Below are positions 11,000-21,599 of a DNA stretch of 33,815 nt, in pieces. Under the pieces are notes generated by a model. The model worked only from the letters and a program-made list of their open reading frames with translations. It made no database searches and was not told where the DNA came from. The stretch spans positions 21,722,912 through 21,756,726 of the forward strand of contig NC_068989.1 of the NCBI RefSeq assembly GCF_001194135.2. Reading direction: 5' to 3'. The DNA comes from Octopus bimaculoides (taxonomy: Eukaryota). Position 1 is the first letter of the stretch, and each line of letters begins with the position of its first letter. Made by a program: the position numbers and the translations under genes.

Positions 11000-11335
11000 A
11001 TGGATCTCCGTCGTTCGACGAGGAGGATGCAACTGAATTACTTGCCCCGGAATTAACGTCTAATTAGCTGAGCATTCCATAGATACGTGCACCATTAACG
11101 TATTTCTCAAACAGAATCAGTGTAACACAATGTGTAACTCAGCGATATCTTTTGAATTATTAGCACAATCTACTGGCAAGCTTCAGTACAGTCTCCCTTT
11201 TACGCAGTTTTGCTCTCAAGGAATGGATCGACTCATTGCTATAGAAAATGCTATTTTCCAAAGATGCCTTGCAGCAACATCGAACCCGAGAACCCGTGGT
11301 TGCGAAGCATAGTACTTTACCATTCGGCCATACTA
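11000..11335 (-). mobile_element. Old tRNA-derived SINE related to family B
   Basis: Minus strand begins TATGGCCGAATGGTAAAG (A-box) ..CTCGGGTTCGATG (B-box); body diverged, so the 3' boundary is approximate. Confidence 0.5.
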
Positions 11336-12339
11336 CATCTATACCCAGATATGCATCACCTATAACAATTGCAGAGTGACAATGCGCTATGACAGAGTCC
11401 ACTTTTCTCGCCTATTTTATAGATACCATAGGTGCCAATAAGTAAGCCTCTACTTGGCTGATAAATTTCTTTCAACTCACACCCTATTGTCGTAAAGAGA
11501 AGGACACATTGGACAATATGGTCACTGGTTTACATGCAGCAAAGTTATAGCTGGACCGCCATTAACAATAAGAATACTCGATCAGAGCTAACCTATGGTT
11601 AAATAAGAACAGCAACAACAACCGTACAAAGACTGTCAGTCACACGGCCTCACCCCATACAATTCATTTACTGTATGAAGGAAAGATAAATATGTCTATC
11701 AGCTTGGCAAATGTAGTATATAATCAGGAACTACAACAAATTAGTGAGGAACATCTTGTCGTTTGTTCGACTACCTGCCTTCAATACGGCTGACTGGATA
11801 GAGTTGTCCTGAGACTAAAAGACGCCTATCCAATAGGCTTAAATATGAATTTCTTACGTCTCATTTCTGAAGTAGGTAATATATTCCATTCGAAACGGCT
11901 CCAGGAAATAAAGAAAACGGGGAAAAAAAGAAAAAAAATATGAAAGAAACCTTTATTTTTAAGTTTACAAAGAAATTAAGAGCAAAGTTGACCACAACCA
12001 TCGGAGCGCGAATCGCTCCTCACGAACGCACATTCGTGAGATGGTTGTGATATATAAAGTTTTGAATAGGAACCGGAAAGGGAAGTATGAACACGCAATG
12101 CATATGTGCACACTGAATTCATAAAACGGAAGAGAAGAATGAAAATGCAATGCGCATGTCAAAATAAAACAGAAGAGGAGTTATATGATAGTCTGCATGC
12201 CAGTTATATGTTAGTCTGCATGCTACGTCTGACACCACTATCACACAGCTTTGCAGCAATTTTCTTGTTTACATCTACAAATCAGTCAATGATATTTTTT
12301 TTTTCAATGTTCGTGATTTTTTGTCAACGTTCCATTAGC

Positions 12340-12990
12340 TTGCCAAGGCATTGATCGTATAAATTACTGATTTTGACTCCGAGCCACATTTCCAGCTGTA
12401 CGTCGTTGTTGAACGAAACTGTTGGAGGTTTGCAAAAAATAGTAATAATCTGAAGGCGCTATATCAGGAGGATACGGTACGGTGTGTGTAGCAGAACTTC
12501 CCAGCCGAGCTTTTGAATAGCGATGTGGGGGCGAGCGTTGTAGTGTAGAAGAAGCACGCCATATCGCCGGTCGGGTCGTTTCAAATGGATTGCTTCGTTA
12601 GGTAGTTCATTTGCTGAACGTAAAACTCTGCATTGACTGTGTGGTTGTTTTCAAGCATTTCGTAGTAGATTAGCCATTCCGAACCCCCACCATACGCAGA
12701 TCATTGTCTTGCATGGATGTAACTCTAACTTTGCTCAGGATTGTTGCTTGTTTGTCGGGATTCAACCTGACGAAAAGATGCTATTTTTTAATCGCTAGTG
12801 ACGATGGGGTGAAGAAACCTTCTTTTGTGTTGACGAACTGCTTGGTGTCAAGAAAGCACAGTGGTGGCAATAGAAGAACGCTTGACAGGAGTCGGCATCA
12901 TGAGAGCGTCTCATCTGCTAGGCCAATTCCTTAGTGGATTGGTGCGGGTCCACGTGGATGAACTCATTTAATCAATCCTCATTGTATTGA
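12340..12990 (-). mobile_element. Mariner-family transposase pseudogene fragment
   Basis: Minus strand FLHPIVTSD*K (first catalytic D region), KTMICVWW, YYEMLENNHTVNAEFYVQQ, GVLLLHYNARPH, KLGWEVLLHTPY, PDIAPSDYY. These match the HDNARPH and YSPDLAPSD mariner motifs, with frameshifts. Confidence 0.85.
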
Positions 12991-13877
12991 ACAGGTTGGC
13001 CGGAGCACGGAGAGTCTATGAGGTTAAATTCCCCCTCCCCGAAGCGTGAAAACCATATCCGTGCAGTTCTTTCAGTAATATCGTTGAAGACACTTGCCCG
13101 GGGTGGTACCCAAGTAGAGTGATCAAACTTCGAACCAGATGTTTACAAAGTACACATCTTAAACAATACAGCAATGGCTGCGTCTTTCGTGTACGGAAAG
13201 AAACTGGAAGTTGTACCGTTCATTCAGTTGCTAAGTGAGATGAATCAATTCCAGATGCAATTTAGCATTTCCAATCACAGACACATTTCAACAGGAGTTG
13301 GCTCATCGTTCTATTGCTTGAATTATACTCTACGTGAAACCACAGAGGAGGGAGGATCATAGTTCTTAGAATCGATTTGAATACATTAGTATTCATTTTC
13401 TCAGTATAATCTAAATTCAGCAAAGATGGAAATGGTAAATAGGGTACACTGCAGGACGGCGCTCCTTGCTTTTAGACTTATAGTATCTAATCCTCCGTCT
13501 ATCACCATTAACCTTCCAGACAGTCGCATACCTCTCTAATTCTTAAAATCTATTTACATCTCGGGAACTTAGACTGCGGGCGAGTCAAATTACAGCTGCT
13601 TACACTATCAAAAGACACCGATAGCATATAATCTCAGAAAGGCGAGAGAAGTAATTTTCCATTTAGATATTGCATGTTACCATTTAAATCAATAAAATCC
13701 TATCTGCTTCCACAACTCCTCAAGCTTCAGTGGATTGAAAAAATGCACAATGATATGAAGTTTATTAAAAAAAACCCAGTTCATTGACCTGATTGATATG
13801 CTTTAGTAAAATTAACTCTCCGTCTGCTACTGTTGTAACATGAGCAGGCACGCTGTTACGACAGTAATAAATAATAA

Positions 13878-14159
13878 TTCGTTCTAGTTTTTATACAAGG
13901 CCAGTAATTTTGAGGGGAGGAGGCAAGTTGATTACATCGGCTCCAGAACTTATCCGGTACTTATTTTATCGACCCCGAACGATGAAAAGACAGTGTCGAT
14001 TTCAGCGGAATTAGAATTCGTAAATTCCTCTGAAGTAGACTTTGCCATTCATCCTCTCAGAATCGATAAAAAAAAGAGTACTACATGAGCACTGGGGTCG
14101 ATGTAACTGACTTACCCCTCCCACTAAAATTTCTAGCCTTGTACCAAAATTAGAAAGAC

Positions 14160-14160
<1 letters not shown>
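13878..14160. mobile_element. Head-to-head pair of 5'-truncated SINE A copies (minus ~13878-14015, plus ~14020-14160)
   Basis: Both retain only the B-box-to-tail part; AAT-rich tracts lie on both outer sides. Confidence 0.7.
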
Positions 14161-14193
<33 letters not shown>

Positions 14194-14232
14194 TTTAAAA
14201 AAAGGATTGACGTAACTATTCACGAAGGTAAA

Positions 14233-14530
14233 TAGTCAAAACGAAGAGCGCGATTTTAGATGTTTTATTTTTTGAACAACATTTCGACAGAACGTCTGTC
14301 TTTCTCAAGTTCAAACCAAAAGGTGATTGAAAATTCAAAATTTCAGAAACCAAACGTAGACTATGAACGTGAGTAATCAGCGTCCATACGTTGATAGAAT
14401 GACATCATCAGCTTTTGTCAGTTTTTGAATTTTCAATCACCTTTTGGTTTGAACTTGAGAAAGACAGACGTTCTGTCGAAATGTTGTTCAAAAAATAAAA
14501 CATCTAAAATCGCGCTCTTCGTTTTGACTA
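14233..14530. repeat. Foldback/MITE-like: perfect 108-bp inverted arms (14233-14340, 14423-14530), 82-bp spacer, TA at both ends
   Basis: Arm TAGTCAAAACGAAGAGCGCG..GAAAATTCAAAA and its exact reverse complement. Confidence 0.9.
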
Positions 14531-14545
14531 ATAATAATAATAATA

Positions 14546-14903
14546 ATCCTTTTTACTAAACGTACAAGGCCTGAAATTTGAGGTGGGGACTAATCAATTA
14601 CTCCACTGGAACTTATTTTATCGACCCAGAAAAGATGAAAAGCAAAGTTGATATCTGCAGAATTTGAACTCAGAACGTAACAATGGGCGAAATACTGCTA
14701 AACAATCTGCCAGCTCGCAACCCTAATAATAATAATGATAACCCTTTCTACTATAGGCACAAGGCCCAAAGTTTGGGGGGAAGGGAGGAGCCGATTACAT
14801 CGACCCCGAAAGGAAGAAAGGCAAAGTCGACCTCGGTGTAACTTGAACTCAGAACGTGAAGACGAACGAAATACTGCTAAGCATTTCGACCAGCTCACTG
14901 CTT
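14546..14903 (-). mobile_element. Two SINE A copies (~14546-14720, ~14740-14903) separated by (TAA)n
   Basis: Reverse-complemented B-box (TTGAACTCAGAACG) and tail; internal deletions. Confidence 0.8.
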
Positions 14904-14951
14904 TAATAATAATAATAATAATAATAATAATAGTAATAATAATAATAATAA

Positions 14952-15497
14952 ATGCAGTACCAGGCAGTGGCTCTCATGGCTTTTGATCTTAACTGATTGG
15001 AAGTGTTATCATGTACGTTGTTTTGTCTTCGTATAAAAGATGGGCTACAGCAAATATTCTGCTCAATAACCACAGATTTGCTTGTCAATTGTTTCACCTT
15101 AACCAGTTGTGCATGTCCCTTAGTGGCTGACGATATGTGCATCTCTCATCACGAGCAGTAGTAGGGGAGGATCATAACCATGTGTTGAGAGGAATTCTTT
15201 GGGGTTTGGATAATTCACCTTTGGAAACATGGGTGTTTCTTTCAACATCCTTAAACAACTCTTATGCAGAGACCTTTTGAGCAGGATGGGCTACACGGCC
15301 TGAGGAAAATTCTAACTGGGCCCCGGCTGCAAGGTCATGTGCTGTTTATCTTGATATGAGATCACCATGTTGTGCACATATGGTTGTGATGCATGTACCT
15401 GGTATACCCTTAACAGACGGGTAGTCATGATGGATATACTGGGCTTCGTATATTTTACCCCAGTGTCATTTTGATGGCATGCACTGCTCTCTCACTC
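14952..15497. mobile_element. Unclassified ~545-bp non-coding element bounded by (TAA)n on both sides
   Basis: Sharp boundaries against TAA arrays (14904-14950 and 15498-15516); no ORF, no TIR, no Pol III boxes seen. Mobility is inferred, and recalled as a common octopus repeat. Confidence 0.55.
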
Positions 15498-15755
15498 AAT
15501 AATAATAATAATAAATNNNNNNNNNNNNNNNNNNNNNNNNNNNNNNNNNNGCTGCAAGGTCATGTGCTGTTTATCTTGATATGAGATCACCATGTTGTGC
15601 ACATATGGTTGTGATGCATGTACCTGGTATACCCTTAACAGACGGGTAGTCATGATGGATATACTGGGCTTCGTATATTTTACCCCAGTGTCATTTTGAT
15701 GGCATGCACTGCTCTCTCACTCAATAATAATAATAATAAATAATAATAATAATGA

Positions 15756-18420
15756 TTATTTTTTATTTGCCACAAGGGCCGAACACAAAACAAATAGTGA
15801 CAATGCAATACAAGGGACATGTGGGGTGTTGAACAATGCCGTGTATACAATAAGTAACAAAAACAATTAACAAAACAATTAAATAATAAATATTCTGCAA
15901 AAAGTAGGAAAGTTCCTCACAGCGACAACCGAGGAGCCCCACGCACTCTGGTTATCCTGACCGCCTGGTGCACCTCGGTAGGCGCCTCTCTCCTTCTCAA
16001 CTCCTCCGATTTATAGGTGGAAGTTCAGAGTAGGTCCATTCACCCGACCATTCTCGTCATATTCAACCACCTTTCAACAAATTTACTGGGGGTGGGGGGG
16101 AAGAACTTCACTCTCTACCCTCATTTTCATTTTCAAGTGGAACTTGAAAAAGTCGATGAGGGCTTGGCCGAAGAAGAAAGTATCTGTCTTCAGTCCTTCC
16201 GATCTCGTCCACAACACTACCCTCTTCGCCATGACCACTAGATAGAGGAAAACTGCCTTCCCTTCCCGGCCAAAGGAAGGTGGTGGGACGATCTTCACGA
16301 TGAACTTGGCTGATAACCGGATCCATCCTACAAGTAAACAGTTGTTCGACAATGTTCCACAGGTCAATAATGCATGGACACTGGACGAGTGCATGCAGGG
16401 CAGTTTCATCACCCTGTGCACACCTCGGACAGGTTCGTCTGATAGCATTCTTGTGTCTGTAGAGCTTGTATCGAATCGGCAGAGCTTCCCGGTAGCACTG
16501 CCAGGCCAGGGATTTCTGGAAGTTCTCCATAGGCCCCGGCCCGAAAGTCCTCCAGAAAGGACCAGTTAATTGATCCCTCCCGATGCCCAGAGTTTCCCTG
16601 AAGACGTCGTCGCTCTTGGCCACTACTAACCCCCTAAAGAACTTCCACCGACCGCGTTGCCCGACTGGCAGAAAGCTATGAGTGCTTGTCGACTGTCCAG
16701 GTACCAAGTACTCTTTCTTGGTCAACGTTTGATTCAGGACTGTAGTTCGGTCAATGAGATGAATTGCGGAAAATCCTGCCTGACAGACGGCGACCATATC
16801 TGCTCACCGTTAAGAAAATACTGGGAGTGTCGCAACCTCAGCGCATCATTAGATTAGCCACAGCATGCCCAGTAGGGTGGAGTGAAAAATGCAGCTTTCG
16901 AAATTGGTAAACAAGAATCAATATTTTGTTGCGAATTAAGGTTAAAAGAAAGGCATATAAAGATCTTTGTAATTAAATATTTTTCAGGCTCCGCAACGCA
17001 ATCAAAAATTTTACAAGCCGCTATTTCCTTACTAAATCCTACCGCCACTACTCTAATAGCCCTTTTCAGAACTATCCACCAACGGTTGTTGACGGTTGCA
17101 CCCGAAAACTTATGCTGGACTAAATTGCTAACTCGGTTTCTGAATGCTTGATGCGCTGGGAAAGACGTGTTCGGCGTCGAGCATTCGGGGCCCTACCTAT
17201 GAATCTTATTTATGTCAACCGCGCAGATCACAAATTTGTGGTCTGTGTAGCTGACGACTTTAAACTGTGGACAACCTATGCTACTTCTATCTACTGGCCT
17301 ACAGAATACTCTACCTAAAAAAAATCTGGAAGACCCGGTGTTGTTTGTCCATGTCCACATTGGCGCATTCGGGAAATCCAGTCGATATGTCATCCAATTC
17401 GAAAGGACCGAGCAGGTTTGTGAGGTTTTTGCACTCCCATCTCCTATCAGCTAGTCCCACCCTATTCAGGTGTGCATCTAAAATGGCGTTCCAATCACCC
17501 ATTGGAACTGAAGAGCAAGATGTTCTGACGAAAATCTCCAAACGTCTGAAGAAATCTGGCTGCTCCGCTCCAGTTGAGGCGTACACAGCGACTAGTCTGA
17601 AAGCACCGACTTCGCTATTATATCCAGGACCACCAATTTACCTTCTGGGTCCAGAAAGGTTGTCCGTACTTGGAGATCCAGGCCTTTCCTAAACAACACA
17701 GCCATTCTGCACTCTACCACCACCACCATTTCAGGCTGACTAAGAGATGCGTAGATCTCAAAATCGCCGAAAATTGGGGCCAGATCGCATGTGTCGAAAA
17801 TCCTGGTTTCGCTGACGGCTATCCATAGATAGTGTCGTTGAGCAGGCGATCCCAAGCCACGAATAATTACACAGCCCACTCTAATCAATCTCATAGCAGC
17901 CGGTAAGAACTGCAAGAAAGAAAAAGAGCGAGGTTACTTACCCTGCCCGTGCTGTTGGTGGCCGAATGGCCTGGCCTCCGGATCTGGTTGGAATTTCTTT
18001 AGGAACCCCTTTAAAAGTCTTTTGGAGGCTATTATATTGGGGGTCCCCACATCGTATGAGAAGACCTCCCGAATGTTTTTGTACGTTGTTAGTGGTATAT
18101 GCACTAACAACAGCTCTTCCGGCACTTTAAGGGTGATGGTGTCATAAATTGCTCCATCCCTCTCAGTCTCTTTATTTCGAGCTATGAAGGCCTTGAGATC
18201 TTTATTTGCTCTCCTCACCAGCACAAAATTCGGAGTCTGAGAATTTAACAGTCCTTCCGGAAGTTTTCTTTTGGGGGCGAGGTGGGGTTGTGGTGGTGTT
18301 AATAGTTGTTGTCCGTTTCAGTATTTTTTAAGTTGTCCGATGTTTGTGTTGGTGTCATACAAGAATGGCAGGACGTTCATCATAGAGTTTAATAACATCA
18401 ATTTAACTCTGCATATAGGT
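15756..18420 (-). mobile_element. Tx1/L1-like LINE copy C: ORF1-like remnant, APE, C-terminal zinc-binding region and 3' UTR; RT core absent
   Basis: APE motifs IRVGCVIIRGLG, AVSETR, VYASTG, MGDWNAILD, MWTW, YTDHKFV (~17190-17900). C-terminus WQCYREALPIR..TCPRCAQGDETALHALVQCP (ORF 16108..16797). 3' end with AATAAA at ~15760. Only ~400 bp separate APE from the post-RT region. 5' boundary approximate. Confidence 0.85.
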
Positions 18421-18868
18421 GAGTATGTGTACAGAGATCAGTAAGTGTGGGTACGGATGTAATTATATGTGGGTACAAACGCAAATAATGTTTTACTTTA
18501 TTTTATATTCTATTTTTTTTTTTCGTCTTATTTTCCTTAATTACTCCCTCTTTGTTTATAAAGTCGTAACGGAATCCGTCCTTCACCATTCCTGCCTAAC
18601 GGATTAAACATACTGTCACGAACAGCATGCTGAATTAAAACCGAGCGAAACAGTTTATCTAAAGAGATACTCTTTATAACCGCACCGTGGGATACACCAC
18701 AACCAGTTGTACAGTATCCCACCCGCGAGGGATCGATGCAAGATGCGTCGAAACGATCGTTATGAGCAATAAATTTTCTCGTATATTCCATTTTCTGTCT
18801 GTTATCTATTATACACACACATATATATACACACATATGTATATATATATATATGTAGTTGTATATGC

Positions 18869-18899
<31 letters not shown>

Positions 18900-19350
18900 C
18901 ATACATTTCGCTATTTTGCACAATAGCAAAATCTGTATTCCAAGAACGAAAGCTAGGTTTCTTCACAGACAGAAGATACTTCTACGTTGAAGGTGTATTC
19001 GCCTTTTTCAAGCTATATATGTACTAAGTACACATGCTTGCTACGGACATTTAGATCATACTTAGAGAAAGGTCGAGTCTACTCCACTCGCTACAACCAG
19101 CAGTCACACGAGTACGAACGGTCTCAACGCTAGAAATAGCACCTATATTCCCCCTCTAATCCCACCTTATTTTATTAAGAAGGCCACACTGTATAATCAA
19201 GGTTTAATACGAAACGGATGTGACTGGGACGCCTTGATCACAGCGAATTCTATTCGATCTGAGCTGATGTGGAGTTTTAAAAAATCGAGGTGTCTACAAA
19301 CACCTCTATCTTGTCTACCACTACTACACCTCTGAACTGTATATACATAT

Positions 19351-19353
<3 letters not shown>

Positions 19354-19418
<65 letters not shown>

Positions 19419-19608
19419 NNNNNNNNNNNNNNNNNNNNNNNNNNNNNNNNNNNNNNNNNNNNNNNNNNNNNNNNNNNNNNNNNNNNNNNNNNNNNNNNNN
19501 NNNNNNNNNNNNNNNNNNNNNNNNNNNNNNNNNNNNNNNNNNNNNNNNNNNNNNNNNNNNNNNNNNNNNNNNNNNNNNNNNNNNNNNNNNNNNNNNNNNN
19601 NNNNNNNN

Positions 19609-19659
<51 letters not shown>
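19354..19659. repeat. (GA)n microsatellite spanning an N gap
   Basis: Directly visible. Confidence 0.95.
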
Positions 19660-19662
<3 letters not shown>

Positions 19663-19810
19663 CTTTAATTTTCCGTCTACCAAATCCACTCACAAGGCTT
19701 TGATCGGCCTGAGGCTATAGCAGAAGATACTTGCCCAAAGTGCCACGCAGCAGGACTGAACCCAAAACCATGTGGTTGGGAAGCAAGCTCCTTACCACAC
19801 AGCCACACCT
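19660..19810 (-). mobile_element. SINE family B 5' half
   Basis: Reverse complement of GGTGTGGCTGTGTGGTAAG..GGGTTCAGTCC..TTTGGGCAAGTATCTTC..GGTAGACGGAAA. Confidence 0.8.
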
Positions 19811-20120
19811 ATATTGGAAATTATTGTGAAAATTTTTTTCAGAGGCAGGGAAGTTGAGTTTTGGATAAATGCACACACCTAGACTGTTTCCTCATGCATT
19901 CTGATGACGTAGATTACAATATTTTTTAAAAGCTACTTTTGAGGACTATACACCCTTTCATCTTCTGGAATTTAATAAATGAATATTTTTCAATTAAAAT
20001 GAAATTTTCCAGAGATAGAAGCAAAATTGAAAAAAGAAACGGATTTAAACAAAAGTGAATTTGTTGCTATGCTTTAATCATGGAAATTTTCATTTTATTA
20101 AAGATATATTCATCTAACAT

Positions 20121-20310
20121 AGGCGCAGATATGGCCGTGTTGTAAGAAGCTTGCTTCCCAACCACATAGTTCCGAGTTCAGTTCCATTGCGTGGCACCTT
20201 CGGCAAGTGTTTTCTACTATAGCCTCGGGTACGACCAAAGCTTTGTGAGAGTGTATTTAGTAGACATAAACCGAAAGAAGCCCGTCGTATATATATATGT
20301 GTGTGTCTTT
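20121..20310 (+). mobile_element. SINE family B 5' half
   Basis: GGCCGTGTTGTAAGAAGCTTGCTTCCCAACC..GAGTTCAGTTCC..GTGGCACCTTCGGCAAGTG..GAAGCCCGTCG(TA)n. Confidence 0.8.
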
Positions 20311-20639
20311 GTCCTCTTAGCGGATCAACATAAGAGACCGATAGAATAAATACTAGGCTTTAAAGAAAGAAAAGAAGTACCGGGTCAATTAGTTTTTTGA
20401 AGGTTTTTTTTTAGCGCTTATACCCAACCCACAAGCAACCACCTAAGGCTTTTCAACACGAAATAGACTCCAATTTTAAAAGTGAACACACTGAAGTACT
20501 TATTCAACTTACGTCACTTTTTTTCTTTTTCTTTTTTGATAGTGGTTTGAGTGTGAGTCTGGAGGCTACGATCAAGAATTTGATGTGAAAAGATTGCAGC
20601 CAACAATGAAACATGACAGCTATCTCGTGATGGTCTAGG

Positions 20640-21071
20640 GAGCAACGGTTGATCAGAGCTGGTGGGGTGTGAAGGAAACATAAACTCTGATAAATCTATG
20701 CCCATATTGCAGAAAGGACTCCTTCCAATCTTCTCCAGTGATGAAATGATTAAAGATTATTTATGGAAGATGGGGCCTCCTTGTCACACGACTAAAATGA
20801 GCGAAAATTTATTGGATGAGAATGGCATTAAAAAGCTTCCATGGCCAAGCCCATCACCAGATATGAACCCTACTGAACACCTCTAGGACATAATGGACAG
20901 GACACTTCATAAAAAAAAAAATTAAGAAAACATCGTGAAAGCCAGATCTTTTGAGATTATTGCAAGGAACTTAGCAAGAAATTCTGCAAGAGAATATTCG
21001 TCATCTGATCAGTAGCTTGCCTAGTAGGTTCCTTGCATTGAAAAATGCAAAATGCATGTCTACTAAATATT
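20640..21071 (+). mobile_element. Tc1-family transposase 3' fragment (pseudogene)
   Basis: ILQKGLLP..GPPCHT..LLDENGIKKLPWPSPSPDMNPTEHL*DIMDR (WPSQSPDLNPIE motif); ends SSLPSRFLALKNAKCMSTKY*, like the Tc1 SMP.R..VI.AKG..TKY terminus. Confidence 0.85.
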
Positions 21072-21599
21072 AAACATTCACATAACAATTAATAAATAAT
21101 TCGAGTATATAATTTCAGATTTCAATAAATTTTAAATGATTAGAAGGGTGTCTATTTATTTCTGTCATGTCTGTGTATATTACATTTACCCTTTATTTAA
21201 GATAGTACAATGTGACAGATTTAGCTGCATTTTCAACAGTTTGGGTGACGATGTATCACCTCCCTACCCGTCTTATACTTTGAGGTTCATATCCTTAGAT
21301 AAGGTGCGAATATTAAGTTTCATTTTTGTCCATCAACACTTATCAAAACTGATGCCACAAACAATGGGCTGAGGAAAGAGTCATTAAGTGTTTTGACAGA
21401 GTAGAGGGACATATTGTACCTAGTTTTGTTCAACATTATTAAATATGGTAAAATTACGAGAGCAGATTTGACCTTTAACTTCGGCGTTGTAGATTCAAAT
21501 CCGAGGAAGCTATCTGCTACATACTTTTCTCACCATTTCCCTAGATATCAATTACATGTATTTCCACTGACTCTGGCTCAATCTCCTCCTAGCGCCTCA

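Noticed and set aside
15551-15730. Apparent tandem duplication of the 3' part of the 545-bp element
   Set aside because: Exact copy of ~15326-15500 directly across a short N gap; typical of overlapping contig ends joined in scaffolding.
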